Shown here one piece after another: positions 1-7,872 of a DNA stretch of 42,674 nt (positions are counted from its first letter, which is position 1; each line of letters opens with the position of its first letter). The notes beneath the pieces were generated by a model, which ran no database searches, was not told the origin of the DNA, and saw only the letters and a program-made list of their open reading frames with translations. Origin of the DNA: a virus (Duplodnaviria; Caudoviricetes); IMG/VR virus record IMGVR_UViG_3300038674_000192, positions 1 through 42,674 of that record; one strand, given 5' to 3'. Both the position numbers and the translations under genes were made by a program.

Positions 1-267
1 TCCGCCAACTACACCAGCAAGTGGGGCGTCGAACAGGCCACCGGCTGTATGTGGCTGTGGGGCAGCGAATTCGGCGGTCCTTACGGCACGGCCAACACCG
101 AAGGCCGGGGCAGCACCCACAACCAAGCGTATGCGGTGGTCTTTGGCGGCTACTGGGGCAGTGCGGCCAATGCTGGCTCGCGGTGCTCGAACTGGACCTA
201 CGCGCCGTCGTACTCGGACAACTTCATCGGCGCTCGCGGTCGCTGTGACCACCTGCGGCTTGTCTAG
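1..267 (+). CDS. mtd: 3' end of an Mtd-like DGR target protein (CLec-fold receptor-binding protein with variable region); 5' truncated by the window edge
   Basis: Frame 1 is open from base 1: SANYTSKWGVEQATGCMWLWGSEFGG...NTEGRGS...FGGYWGSAANAGSRCSNW...IGARGRCDHLRLV*. This closely parallels the Bordetella phage BPP-1 Mtd C-terminus (TSKWG..TGCLWTWG..FGG.W...GSR...GARGVCDHLILE) as I recall it. Confidence 0.9.
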   Translation, partial: SANYTSKWGVEQATGCMWLWGSEFGGPYGTANTEGRGSTHNQAYAVVFGGYWGSAANAGSRCSNWTYAPSYSDNFIGARGRCDHLRLV

Positions 268-284
268 GGCCGCGAAAGCGGCCC
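227..284 (+). promoter_or_regulatory. DGR homing signals: GC-rich element, IMH and downstream hairpin/cruciform
   Basis: TCGGCGCTCGCGGTCGCTGTGACCACCTG at the end of the VR, then GGGCCGC-GAAA-GCGGCCC (267-284; 7-bp stem, GAAA loop) immediately after the stop codon, as in BPP-1-type DGRs. Confidence 0.85.
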
Positions 285-299
285 GCTAGGGAAAGCAAG

Positions 300-510
300 A
301 TGATCCACCGGGACGAAACGGCAAGCGCCAAGCAACTGGCAATCGTCGAGAAATTCGAGGCGTTTATCAATTACGCCTATCCCATCGCGCAAAACATCCC
401 GCGCAAGCATGGTATCGCGCGGGATGCCTTCCTCACTGCGATGTTTTCCCAGGTGGACCTTTTCATTGTCGCGGGCAAGTCCGGGCAGGCATCGCGGCTT
501 TATGCTGCTG
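300..510 (+). pseudogene. avd: DGR accessory variability determinant Avd, truncated after ~70 aa (the ORF runs on out of frame to 635)
   Basis: IVEKFEAFINYAYPIAQNIPRKHGIARDAFL...QVDLFIVAGKSGQASRLYAA matches the BPP-1 Avd N-half (YPIAQSIPRKHG...LFIVAGKSNQVSKLYAAD). Similarity stops abruptly at 510. Confidence 0.9.
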
Positions 511-696
511 CGCCGCCAAAGCGTGGTGCGCGCGCGGCGCAAGATCAGAAGTTACCTCGCCAACGGCAAGGGGCTGGCGCTGCGGCGCTTCCTCGCCAGT
601 TGGCGCGGCCACGCCCGCTGGGCGGACAGCCATAATCTCGTCACCAGTCTGGAAAGGGAAATTCGCCATGCTGCCCCCGATCAACACCCGTGCTGA
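504..696 (+). pseudogene. brt: C-terminal remnant (~60 aa) of the DGR reverse transcriptase
   Basis: LLRRQSVVRARRKI...LRRFLASWRGHARWADSHNL matches the Brt C-terminus (LLRKSSVKRAKRK...RFLASWSGHAQWADTHNL). No YxDD catalytic core is present. Confidence 0.88.
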
Positions 697-991
697 CCTG
701 GACGCGCTCGTCGGCACCCCGGAGCACGCTGCGTTCATGGGCTACCTGCGCGGCACCATGACCCGGCGCGTCAATGCCGCCGTCTATCCCGACCAGTACG
801 ACAGCAGCTTGCAGCCGGGCGACGAAGGCTACGTCGCGCCCGACTGGCAGGCGGTGGAAGACCTGTCGGTCATCGAGCGGTTCGGCTTCACCAAGGACGA
901 GATGCTGGCTTCGGCCACCGGCGCGGCGGTGGTCGGCAACGTCAACGTCACCTGGGTCGCCCCGGGCACGATCCTCGGGGCAGTGTCATGA
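668..991 (+). CDS. Small hypothetical protein downstream of the DGR RT, apparently fused to a tail-protein C-terminus
   Basis: Overlaps the RT stop. The INTRADLDAL.GTPEHA.F...EDLS.I.RFGF core is followed by GAAVVGNVNVTWVAPGTILGAVS, which resembles ends of glycine-rich receptor-binding proteins. Confidence 0.6.
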   Translation: MLPPINTRADLDALVGTPEHAAFMGYLRGTMTRRVNAAVYPDQYDSSLQPGDEGYVAPDWQAVEDLSVIERFGFTKDEMLASATGAAVVGNVNVTWVAPGTILGAVS

Positions 992-1143
992 CCGACCCCA
1001 AAACCCCGCCGTGTCCGACTCCGGCGTTCGCGGCGCAACGCCGCCGGTATCCGGACGGCTGCCACCTTGCCGAGGACGCGAGCCGCGACGCCGCTGACGC
1101 AGAGACCGCGATCGGCGGCCGTTTTCAACAGATGGGGGGATGA
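988..1143 (+). CDS. Small hypothetical protein (51 aa, MTDPKTPPCP...FQQMGG)
   Basis: ATGA overlap with the upstream stop; ends immediately before the next ATG at 1144. Below the ORF-track size cut-off. Confidence 0.4.
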   Translation: MTDPKTPPCPTPAFAAQRRRYPDGCHLAEDASRDAADAETAIGGRFQQMGG

Positions 1144-1530
1144 ATGGGACCGGATATGCAGGAGCCGGGGCAGTCGCTGTGGCAGACCTTCGCGGTCGGC
1201 ATCGGCGGCATGCTGCCGGTCGCGGCGCTCGCCCGCGTGCTCTACCACTACCGCCTGGTGCGGATCGGCAGCCGCCGGTTCTGGTCGCGGGAATTGCTGT
1301 GGGAAGCGTCGTTCATCACCCCGCCTGCCGATGCCAACTACATCGTGCATGCCACTTGCGGCGGTTACAACACGGTCAACGGCGCGTATATGGCCATTGG
1401 CCCGAGCGGAGGCTCTCCGGGGACGTACAAGTTGACGACCGATGGGTTCCCGCTGCGGGCAATGAATGGTGCAAACGCCCTGACAGACGTGAACACCATC
1501 TGCGTCACAGTGTGGAAGGTGCCGTCGTGA
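1144..1530 (+). CDS. Chimeric ORF: holin-like N-terminus fused to a tail-fibre C-terminal domain
   Basis: The first ~54 aa (LPVAALARVL...RRFWSRELLWE) parallel the 2038-2418 protein (VPVAMLARLL...RKFWSTELWWE). The remainder (SFITPPADANYIVHATC...ICVTVW) resembles tail-fibre tip domains. Confidence 0.55.
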   Translation: MGPDMQEPGQSLWQTFAVGIGGMLPVAALARVLYHYRLVRIGSRRFWSRELLWEASFITPPADANYIVHATCGGYNTVNGAYMAIGPSGGSPGTYKLTTDGFPLRAMNGANALTDVNTICVTVWKVPS

Positions 1531-2015
1531 TGATCTGGATCGAAGCTATGGTTGGTGCGTCCTTGATCGGGGCACATGTTGCGCTGTCCGCGTTCCTGGG
1601 AGGACTGTGGCGTCGCATCAAGGGAAGTCACGGCGGCGGCCTTATTGCCAGTCTGACTTTCGCGCCGCTGTGTTTGCTTGTCACGGGGCCGACGCTGAGT
1701 GTGAGTGTTCTCGCCTGGCTCTTGGCCAGCCTGGGCGTTGGCATCTCCTCGACGCTTTTCCTGTTGGTCGAAGCCAACAACGGCGGTGACGGGAACCCCG
1801 CCAGGCGTTTTGGGTGGTTTGGCTCTGAGTATGTCAAATACCAGCAGGCTCCGGGAAATGTGAAGCCCCTGGTGTTGTTTGGAAAGACGCTTGTGGCCAG
1901 GGGGGCCTGGACGGAGATCGGCGAACTTGGGCTTGGGGCGCGCTGGTTTGGCGCGATGGCCGGGGTAGCTGATCTGGTCGTGGCCTTGTATTTTGCGGCC
2001 AAAGTTCTGTTCTAA
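1530..2015 (+). CDS. Hypothetical multi-pass membrane protein
   Basis: ATG overlaps the upstream TGA; several long hydrophobic segments. Confidence 0.6.
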   Translation: MIWIEAMVGASLIGAHVALSAFLGGLWRRIKGSHGGGLIASLTFAPLCLLVTGPTLSVSVLAWLLASLGVGISSTLFLLVEANNGGDGNPARRFGWFGSEYVKYQQAPGNVKPLVLFGKTLVARGAWTEIGELGLGARWFGAMAGVADLVVALYFAAKVLF

Positions 2016-2037
2016 TATCTGTGAGGAGTGGGGGAGC

Positions 2038-2418
2038 ATGCTTCAGGACGCGCCGGACCCCTTGATCGCTTTCCGATCCGTCGTAACGGGCGTCACCGGG
2101 CTTGTCCCTGTGGCCATGCTCGCGCGTCTTCTCCAGCGGCATCAGGAGGCGCAAATGGATCGCCGCAAATTCTGGTCTACGGAATTGTGGTGGGAGTTCC
2201 CAACCGCAATTCTCTCGGCTATCATCGGATACGGTATTGCTCTGTTCTTGAGGCAGTACATGCCGATTAGTGTGGCCACCTCTCCGGATGAGTTCAATGT
2301 CGTGTCCAACGCCATCGTTGGCGTGTGTTCTTGGGTTGGCCCGAAGGGAATGACTGCGATGATCTGGCGGCTGGTGTCGGCGTACTCGCCGAAGAAGGGC
2401 GGTGGCCATGAACGCTGA
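2038..2418 (+). CDS. Holin-like membrane protein (LydA-like)
   Basis: SD GGGGAG; RRKFWSTELWWEFPTAILSAIIG motif; 2-3 hydrophobic helices; basic C-terminus. Confidence 0.6.
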   Translation: MLQDAPDPLIAFRSVVTGVTGLVPVAMLARLLQRHQEAQMDRRKFWSTELWWEFPTAILSAIIGYGIALFLRQYMPISVATSPDEFNVVSNAIVGVCSWVGPKGMTAMIWRLVSAYSPKKGGGHER

Positions 2419-2725
2419 TCGCTCCGGTCAGGAACTCGCGGCCGACGTGAAGGCGCTGAACGATCTCATGGCCTCGCGTGGCTGGGCTATCGTTTGCGAT
2501 GTGATCAACGCCAGTCTGGTGAAGGCGGCCATGGAGATGGCCAGCGACCCTCGCCTGGAGGTGTCCGAGTATCACTATCGACGCGGGGCGATGTTCGCGA
2601 CTGCCGGGCTTCTGGATATCCCGCAGAAGCTGAAGGCCCCCATCGAGAACGAGATGTATATGAAATTGGCCGCCGAACAGGAAAAGGCCGCCCGGTCGGA
2701 GTCCGCCAAGGCTGATCCGACGTAA
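2408..2725 (+). CDS. Small head-module protein upstream of the scaffold
   Basis: L..LMASRGW...YRRGA pattern typical of small podovirus genes located between portal and scaffold. Confidence 0.55.
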   Translation: MNADRSGQELAADVKALNDLMASRGWAIVCDVINASLVKAAMEMASDPRLEVSEYHYRRGAMFATAGLLDIPQKLKAPIENEMYMKLAAEQEKAARSESAKADPT

Positions 2726-2740
2726 CATGAGGACTGAAAC

Positions 2741-3808
2741 ATGCCGAACCCGCTTGAGGAAATGGTCGCCAGTGCGATGGGTGGCGGGGCCGCTCCCGCC
2801 GCAGCTGCTCCTGCTGCTGCTGCCGCTCCTGCCCAGCTTCCCCCCGATGCTCCCGCCCCGCAGGATCGTCCGACCCCGGCCACTGGCCAGGAAGTCGCGG
2901 CCGTTGCCGGAGCGCCGCAGACCGAAGACAAGGTGGCTGCCGAAACTCCCCTGATGTACGACGTGGATTTCGGCGACGGCAAGAAGCGCCAGCTGACGCC
3001 CGCGCAAATCCGCGCGACCTTCGAGCGCTATGCGGACATGAACTACCAGCACTCGCAGATGAAGCCGATCCTCGACGTGATCCGGCCGCTGGTTGACCAG
3101 GGCGCGTCTCCGGAGAAGGTGGCCCAGGCGCTGATGGGCAGTCTCAAGGCGATGGCCGAACAGCCGGTCACGTCCAAGGACACCAACCCGGAGGTCCAGT
3201 CTGGCCAGGTCAATCCGGACCAGTTCAAGTACATGAACATGTCTCCGGATGAGTGGGACGATGCGCTCAAGTCCTGGGAAACCGATAACTCGGCGGCGAT
3301 CCCGCCGGGCTATCGCGAGGCCGCCCAGCACATCAACCTCCTCACCGACCAGGTGGCCCAGCTGTCGCAGATGGTGCAGCAACTGATGGGGCGCAACATG
3401 GGCCAGCTCGACGCCACCAAGCAGGTGGCCAACGACGCCAAGTCGCAGCGCGTCAGCGCTATCAAGGAGCGGGTTATCAATAATCTCAATGCCGTGCAGT
3501 CCGAACTTGGCTTGCCGGATGAAGAAGGTCCGCAGTTCATGAAGTTCGCCCAGGAGCGTGGGTACTCCCTGGAGGACTTCATCAACAAGGACTTCCTGTC
3601 GATGGTGGCCAAGGATTACGTGAACGCGCGCAACGCTCCCGAGGCCGACCGCCTGCGGCAGATTGCCGAGCGCCGGAGTGCGATCTCCGGCTCGCTTGGC
3701 CCGGCCCCCGGTGCGGCTGCGGCGACCCAGGCCCCGGCTGCCGCTCCCTCGCCGCTTGATGAAATGGCCGCGATGATCCAGCAGCGCCGTTCGGTCGGGC
3801 GGATGTAA
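2741..3808 (+). CDS. Putative capsid scaffolding protein
   Basis: Ala/Pro-rich disordered ends and a helical acidic core; lies directly upstream of the major capsid gene. Confidence 0.65.
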   Translation: MPNPLEEMVASAMGGGAAPAAAAPAAAAAPAQLPPDAPAPQDRPTPATGQEVAAVAGAPQTEDKVAAETPLMYDVDFGDGKKRQLTPAQIRATFERYADMNYQHSQMKPILDVIRPLVDQGASPEKVAQALMGSLKAMAEQPVTSKDTNPEVQSGQVNPDQFKYMNMSPDEWDDALKSWETDNSAAIPPGYREAAQHINLLTDQVAQLSQMVQQLMGRNMGQLDATKQVANDAKSQRVSAIKERVINNLNAVQSELGLPDEEGPQFMKFAQERGYSLEDFINKDFLSMVAKDYVNARNAPEADRLRQIAERRSAISGSLGPAPGAAAATQAPAAAPSPLDEMAAMIQQRRSVGRM

Positions 3809-3825
3809 GTCAACCGAAGTTGAGT

Positions 3826-3862
3826 AGAATAACGGCCACCCATAGGGTGGCCGTTATTCTTT
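3826..3862 (+). terminator. 16-bp perfect hairpin after the scaffold gene
   Basis: AGAATAACGGCCACCC-ATA-GGGTGGCCGTTATTCT-TT. Confidence 0.7.
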
Positions 3863-4078
3863 GGCCATTGACACAATCGCATGTATGTGGGAAAACAAGT
3901 CAGCGATAACGCCATCATCGCCGCACTATAGGGACGCTACGGCCTCCCTCCAGCCGCGCTTGAGGCGCTTAAGCGTTTTTTGGCCAAGATGTCAGCATTG
4001 GGTGTGATTGTCCCCCATTAGACAAACCGGCCTGAACCGTGAAAGTGCAACCTCATCTCGCAAACGTAGGAGAGCATT

Positions 4079-5257
4079 ATGCCCCTTCTTGGCTTGCGCG
4101 GTACTGGTCAGTTCGGCGTTGACCTGCGCCCGACCAACTATCGCGAACTCTATACCCTGCTGGAACCGAACGGCACCGCGCCCCTGAACGCTGTCCTGGC
4201 CATGACCCAGGCCGAGCCGACCGACGACCCGAAGTACAACAACTTCCGGGACGAGCTGCCGGATCGTAAGCTGAAGATCGTGAAGACCGGCGGCTACACC
4301 GCCTCCGACACCACTCTCCAGCTGGTCGCCGACGCCTCGGTGGCCTACGTGCTCAAGGGTTCGGTGATCGTCAACGCCGCGACCGGCGAAGTGATGCATG
4401 CGACCGCTGACGCCAACGTCGGCGCGAGCACCATCTCCGTCACCCGCAACATCGGCTCGACTTCCTTCACCATCGCGGACGGCGCTGACCTGTTCATCGC
4501 TGGCTTCGCGGCGGCCGAAGGTTCGGGTGCCCCCTCGGCCGTGTCCTTCGACCCGACCGTGGACTACAACTACACGCAGATTTTCAAGACCCCCTTCACC
4601 GTGACCAACACCCTCGACGCGACCTACCGCCGTACCGGCAACGCGCTCCAGGAGTATCGCGAGAAGGCCCTGAAGCTGCACATGTCCGACATCGAGCGCG
4701 CGATGCTGTTCGGCAAGCGTTCCGAGGTCAACGGCTCGACCGCCCAGCCGCTGCGCTTCACGGGTGGCCTGTCCACGATGATCCCGAACGTGATCGACGT
4801 GAGCACTTTCAGCTCGCCGAACGTGATGACCGAGAAGCAGTTCGACCGCTCGCTGATCGAGAACATCTTCGCCTTCGGCTCCAAGCAGAAGATCGCCTGG
4901 GTCGGCGCGACGGTGGCCGCGAACCTGATGGAAATCGGCAAGAACCGCTGGGCTCCCCAGCAGATTGACGACGCCTACGGTGTCGCCTTCACCCGCTATA
5001 CCACCTTCGCGGGCGACCTGATGGTGTACGTCCATCCGCAGTTCCGGCAAATCCCGGGCATGGCTTCTGCGGCCGTGATCGTGGACCTGCCGTACCTCCG
5101 GTATCGCTACCTCCAGGGTCGTGACACCACCCTGATCGAGAACATTCAGGGGACCGACGAGGACTGCAAGAAGCATCAGTACCTCACCGAGTGTGGTCTG
5201 GAAATGCTTCAGGCGAAGGTGCATACGCTGATCAAGGGCTGGACGAAGGTTTCCTAA
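4079..5257 (+). CDS. Major capsid protein (DUF5309/SU10-like, HK97 fold)
   Basis: 392 aa, strong SD (AGGAG), strongly biased codons. Motifs NYTQIF, DIERAMLFG, RFTGG, HPQF and YLTECGLE. Confidence 0.85.
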   Translation: MPLLGLRGTGQFGVDLRPTNYRELYTLLEPNGTAPLNAVLAMTQAEPTDDPKYNNFRDELPDRKLKIVKTGGYTASDTTLQLVADASVAYVLKGSVIVNAATGEVMHATADANVGASTISVTRNIGSTSFTIADGADLFIAGFAAAEGSGAPSAVSFDPTVDYNYTQIFKTPFTVTNTLDATYRRTGNALQEYREKALKLHMSDIERAMLFGKRSEVNGSTAQPLRFTGGLSTMIPNVIDVSTFSSPNVMTEKQFDRSLIENIFAFGSKQKIAWVGATVAANLMEIGKNRWAPQQIDDAYGVAFTRYTTFAGDLMVYVHPQFRQIPGMASAAVIVDLPYLRYRYLQGRDTTLIENIQGTDEDCKKHQYLTECGLEMLQAKVHTLIKGWTKVS

Positions 5258-5279
5258 CCTTCCGGCCCTGAACAGGGTG

Positions 5280-5319
5280 ACGGGGCCAAGGGTGGTAAAA
5301 TCCCCTTGGCCCCGTTTTA
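5280..5319 (+). terminator. Rho-independent terminator after the major capsid gene
   Basis: ACGGGGCCAAGGG...CCCTTGGCCCCGT followed by TTT. Confidence 0.8.
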
Positions 5320-5340
5320 CAATCAACCAAGGAGAACCTC

Positions 5341-5829
5341 ATGCCCCGCACCCCTGGCCGCTTCAAGAAGATGGACCCGCGCCCCGAAATCGTCCTCCAG
5401 GACGAGCTTCGCAACGCTGCATCGCCCGCTGACATCGAGGCGACGGCTGCGGCCATTACCGAGGCGCACGCCGAAGAGCTTGCTCGTGGCCTGTCCGCCG
5501 GGAACACCGCAGCCGATGGCCGTGATAACGAGCCCGTGATCGACGTGGCCTCCGTGCTGGCCGTGACCAACGACGAGATCACTGTTGCCGACGCCGATCT
5601 TGCCGTGGCCAAGGCGACCAAGGTCAAGCGGGAGTCCGGTACTGTGGTGTACGTGAGCCGCGACAAGGAGCCCGCCACCTTCGATATTCTGCTGGACCCC
5701 GACGAGCCGCCGATCCGTGGCATGGTCCTGGCCAACGGCAAGCTGTCGTTCCGTGTGCCGAAGATGTTGGCCGCCCGGTTCGAGCGCCATCACATGGTCG
5801 TCACCGGCCGCCTGATCTGCGTGGAGTAA
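5341..5829 (+). CDS. Hypothetical virion-module protein
   Basis: SD AAGGAG; typical codon usage; position after the capsid gene. Confidence 0.7.
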   Translation: MPRTPGRFKKMDPRPEIVLQDELRNAASPADIEATAAAITEAHAEELARGLSAGNTAADGRDNEPVIDVASVLAVTNDEITVADADLAVAKATKVKRESGTVVYVSRDKEPATFDILLDPDEPPIRGMVLANGKLSFRVPKMLAARFERHHMVVTGRLICVE

Positions 5830-5833
5830 ACCC

Positions 5834-6346
5834 ATGGACGCCAAGGCGCAGGCAACTTCGGTCAGCAACCCGCATATCTCGGAGTCGTTCTCTCCGCTGG
5901 AGACGCTGATCATGTCTGCGCTTCGGCGTTACGGCACTGTCTCCGCCGCGACGATTTCGGCGGATGTCGCTCTGATGATGCTCGAATTCGCCAACAACGT
6001 GGTCGAGGACATCCGGTCCCATCCGTATTGGGATGGCACGCCCATCGAGTATTACATCAGCCTGACGGATCGCCGGAACATCCCGGACGAGATCGTCGTC
6101 GCTGGCATGCTCAGTTACTTCTGTCTCCAGCAGCAGTCGAGCAAGGCTCAAATCTTTGGGCCGACCTACTATCGGCGCACCAATCAAATCCTCTACAACC
6201 GGCTCTACGGCAACAAGCGCCTTGAGATCAACGTCAAGGACCGTAGTCCGAACAGCGATGCGTCGCTGTCCGACCTTCTGGCCTCCGGGCTTCAGGTTGG
6301 CGGGCCGTTCGTTTCCGGGACGCCGAGTGATGGGGGTAGCGAATAA
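5834..6346 (+). CDS. Putative head-tail adaptor
   Basis: 170-aa helical protein (LIMSALRRYG...) immediately before the nozzle-like gene; call from synteny. Confidence 0.55.
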   Translation: MDAKAQATSVSNPHISESFSPLETLIMSALRRYGTVSAATISADVALMMLEFANNVVEDIRSHPYWDGTPIEYYISLTDRRNIPDEIVVAGMLSYFCLQQQSSKAQIFGPTYYRRTNQILYNRLYGNKRLEINVKDRSPNSDASLSDLLASGLQVGGPFVSGTPSDGGSE

Positions 6347-7872
6347 TGCCTGTCGCCCCGAGCGGATATCGCACCAAGGCGTTCGCCTACGAGGAGTTCA
6401 TGGGACTTGATGTGTCCCGTGATCGGTATGCGCTGGACACTGGCCAGAAGCAACACCTGGTCCGGATGGAAGGCGGGTATTGCGATCCGCGTGGGACGAT
6501 CATCCGTGATCATGGTGTTTTCAAGCGTGGTTCCGAGAACCAGCCCATCGAGCATATCGCGTTCTATGGCCGTGATCTGGCCTGTTATGTCCGTCGCGAT
6601 GGCGGTGGTCTGTCGCTGTGTGCCGAGAACTCTGGCCAGCTTCTGGTCGATCCCGAGGTGTTCCCGGTCAGTTCCGTCGTGTCTTCCACTGTTTTCAACG
6701 GCAAGGTTCTGTTCGCTTCGGCCGACCAGCCGATGCGGGTGTTCGATGGCGTGAAGTTCACCAACAACACGTCCGAGCTTGACCCGCGCGCGGCCTACGT
6801 GACTGCTGTCCAGCGCCGCCTGGCGATTGCCGGTATTCCTGGGCGGCCGACCGAAATCTGGTTGTCGCGTGTGGACAACGAGAACGTCATGCCCGAGGAC
6901 GACAAGAACAATAAGGAAGTGACGCGGGCGGCGTTTATTGACATTCGGAACATCATCGCAACTGCCGATGAGGTGAAGGGCCTCGGCGTGTTCGAAACGA
7001 ACCGATTGGCCATCTTCACCAATGACCAGGTTGTGATCTACGCCATTGACCCGAGTTATGAACGCTGGGGTTTGGATGACAAGGCCAACGTTCGGATTGG
7101 CACGATCAGCCATAACACCATTCGCCAGGCTGGCACCGACTTGATTTTCTGTTCCCGCGTCGGCGTTCATAGCCTCAAGCGCTCCGATGCCAATGGCACC
7201 ACGATCTATTCGGTGCCGATGTCCACCAAGGTCGAGGACATGTATCGGCGTTTCGTGAACGGTGTCGAGCGCCCCGAGCAGATCAACGCGGTTTTCGACC
7301 AGGACAACCAGCAGTACCACGTATTCTTCCCGCAGGCTGGCGGAGTGATTTCCTACCGCCTGACCCTTACGCTCAATCCGTTTGAGGATGGCGAGCACAA
7401 GTGGAGCACGTCGGCGTTCCTGAACGCACGCTGCGGTGCCCAGCTTGGTGGTGTGACTCTGTTCGGTACGCACGGCGGCGTGTATCAGATCGCACAGAAA
7501 TATCAGTATAGCGACCCGTCCATTCACAAGAAGCTCGGCATCATCCAGCCAGACTTTGTGGCCGAGACGCCTGTCCTGTGGCACGGGACGCTCACCGAAA
7601 ACAAACATACCGCCTCTCTTGTCTTGCAGGCCACTGGCCAAGGTGAGATTATTATCGAGGCTTTTGATGAGAAGAACCGAAGCCTGTGGGCCAAGACTGT
7701 GGCTCTTGATGAAGAAGGCGTAGACGGGAACTTTTCGGCTGTTGCACTTCCTGAGCAGTACGAAATTCCGTTCGAACACCAGTATCGTGGTGTGTGGTTG
7801 AGGTTCACCGGGAAGTCCAAGGGCATCATCAAGATCATTGGTTTTGCTGTGATCGTGAGGAAAGAACAATGA
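6346..7872 (+). CDS. Tail nozzle/tubular protein B-like beta-propeller
   Basis: 508 aa, beta-rich, with F.GLD at the N-terminus and a RLAIAG...IWLS..D pattern; podovirus synteny. Confidence 0.65.
   Translation: MPVAPSGYRTKAFAYEEFMGLDVSRDRYALDTGQKQHLVRMEGGYCDPRGTIIRDHGVFKRGSENQPIEHIAFYGRDLACYVRRDGGGLSLCAENSGQLLVDPEVFPVSSVVSSTVFNGKVLFASADQPMRVFDGVKFTNNTSELDPRAAYVTAVQRRLAIAGIPGRPTEIWLSRVDNENVMPEDDKNNKEVTRAAFIDIRNIIATADEVKGLGVFETNRLAIFTNDQVVIYAIDPSYERWGLDDKANVRIGTISHNTIRQAGTDLIFCSRVGVHSLKRSDANGTTIYSVPMSTKVEDMYRRFVNGVERPEQINAVFDQDNQQYHVFFPQAGGVISYRLTLTLNPFEDGEHKWSTSAFLNARCGAQLGGVTLFGTHGGVYQIAQKYQYSDPSIHKKLGIIQPDFVAETPVLWHGTLTENKHTASLVLQATGQGEIIIEAFDEKNRSLWAKTVALDEEGVDGNFSAVALPEQYEIPFEHQYRGVWLRFTGKSKGIIKIIGFAVIVRKEQ

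Noticed and set aside
1-696. Active DGR
   Set aside because: No TR and no RT catalytic domain in the window, and avd is truncated.
1140-1529. N-terminal half of the 291-aa ORF 1140-2015
   Set aside because: Overlaps the better-supported 1144-1530 frame. The membrane protein more plausibly starts at ATG 1530.
3924-3934. CACTATAGGGA, identical to the T7 promoter initiation region
   Set aside because: Single copy, the upstream recognition half does not match, and no T7-type RNA polymerase is in the window.
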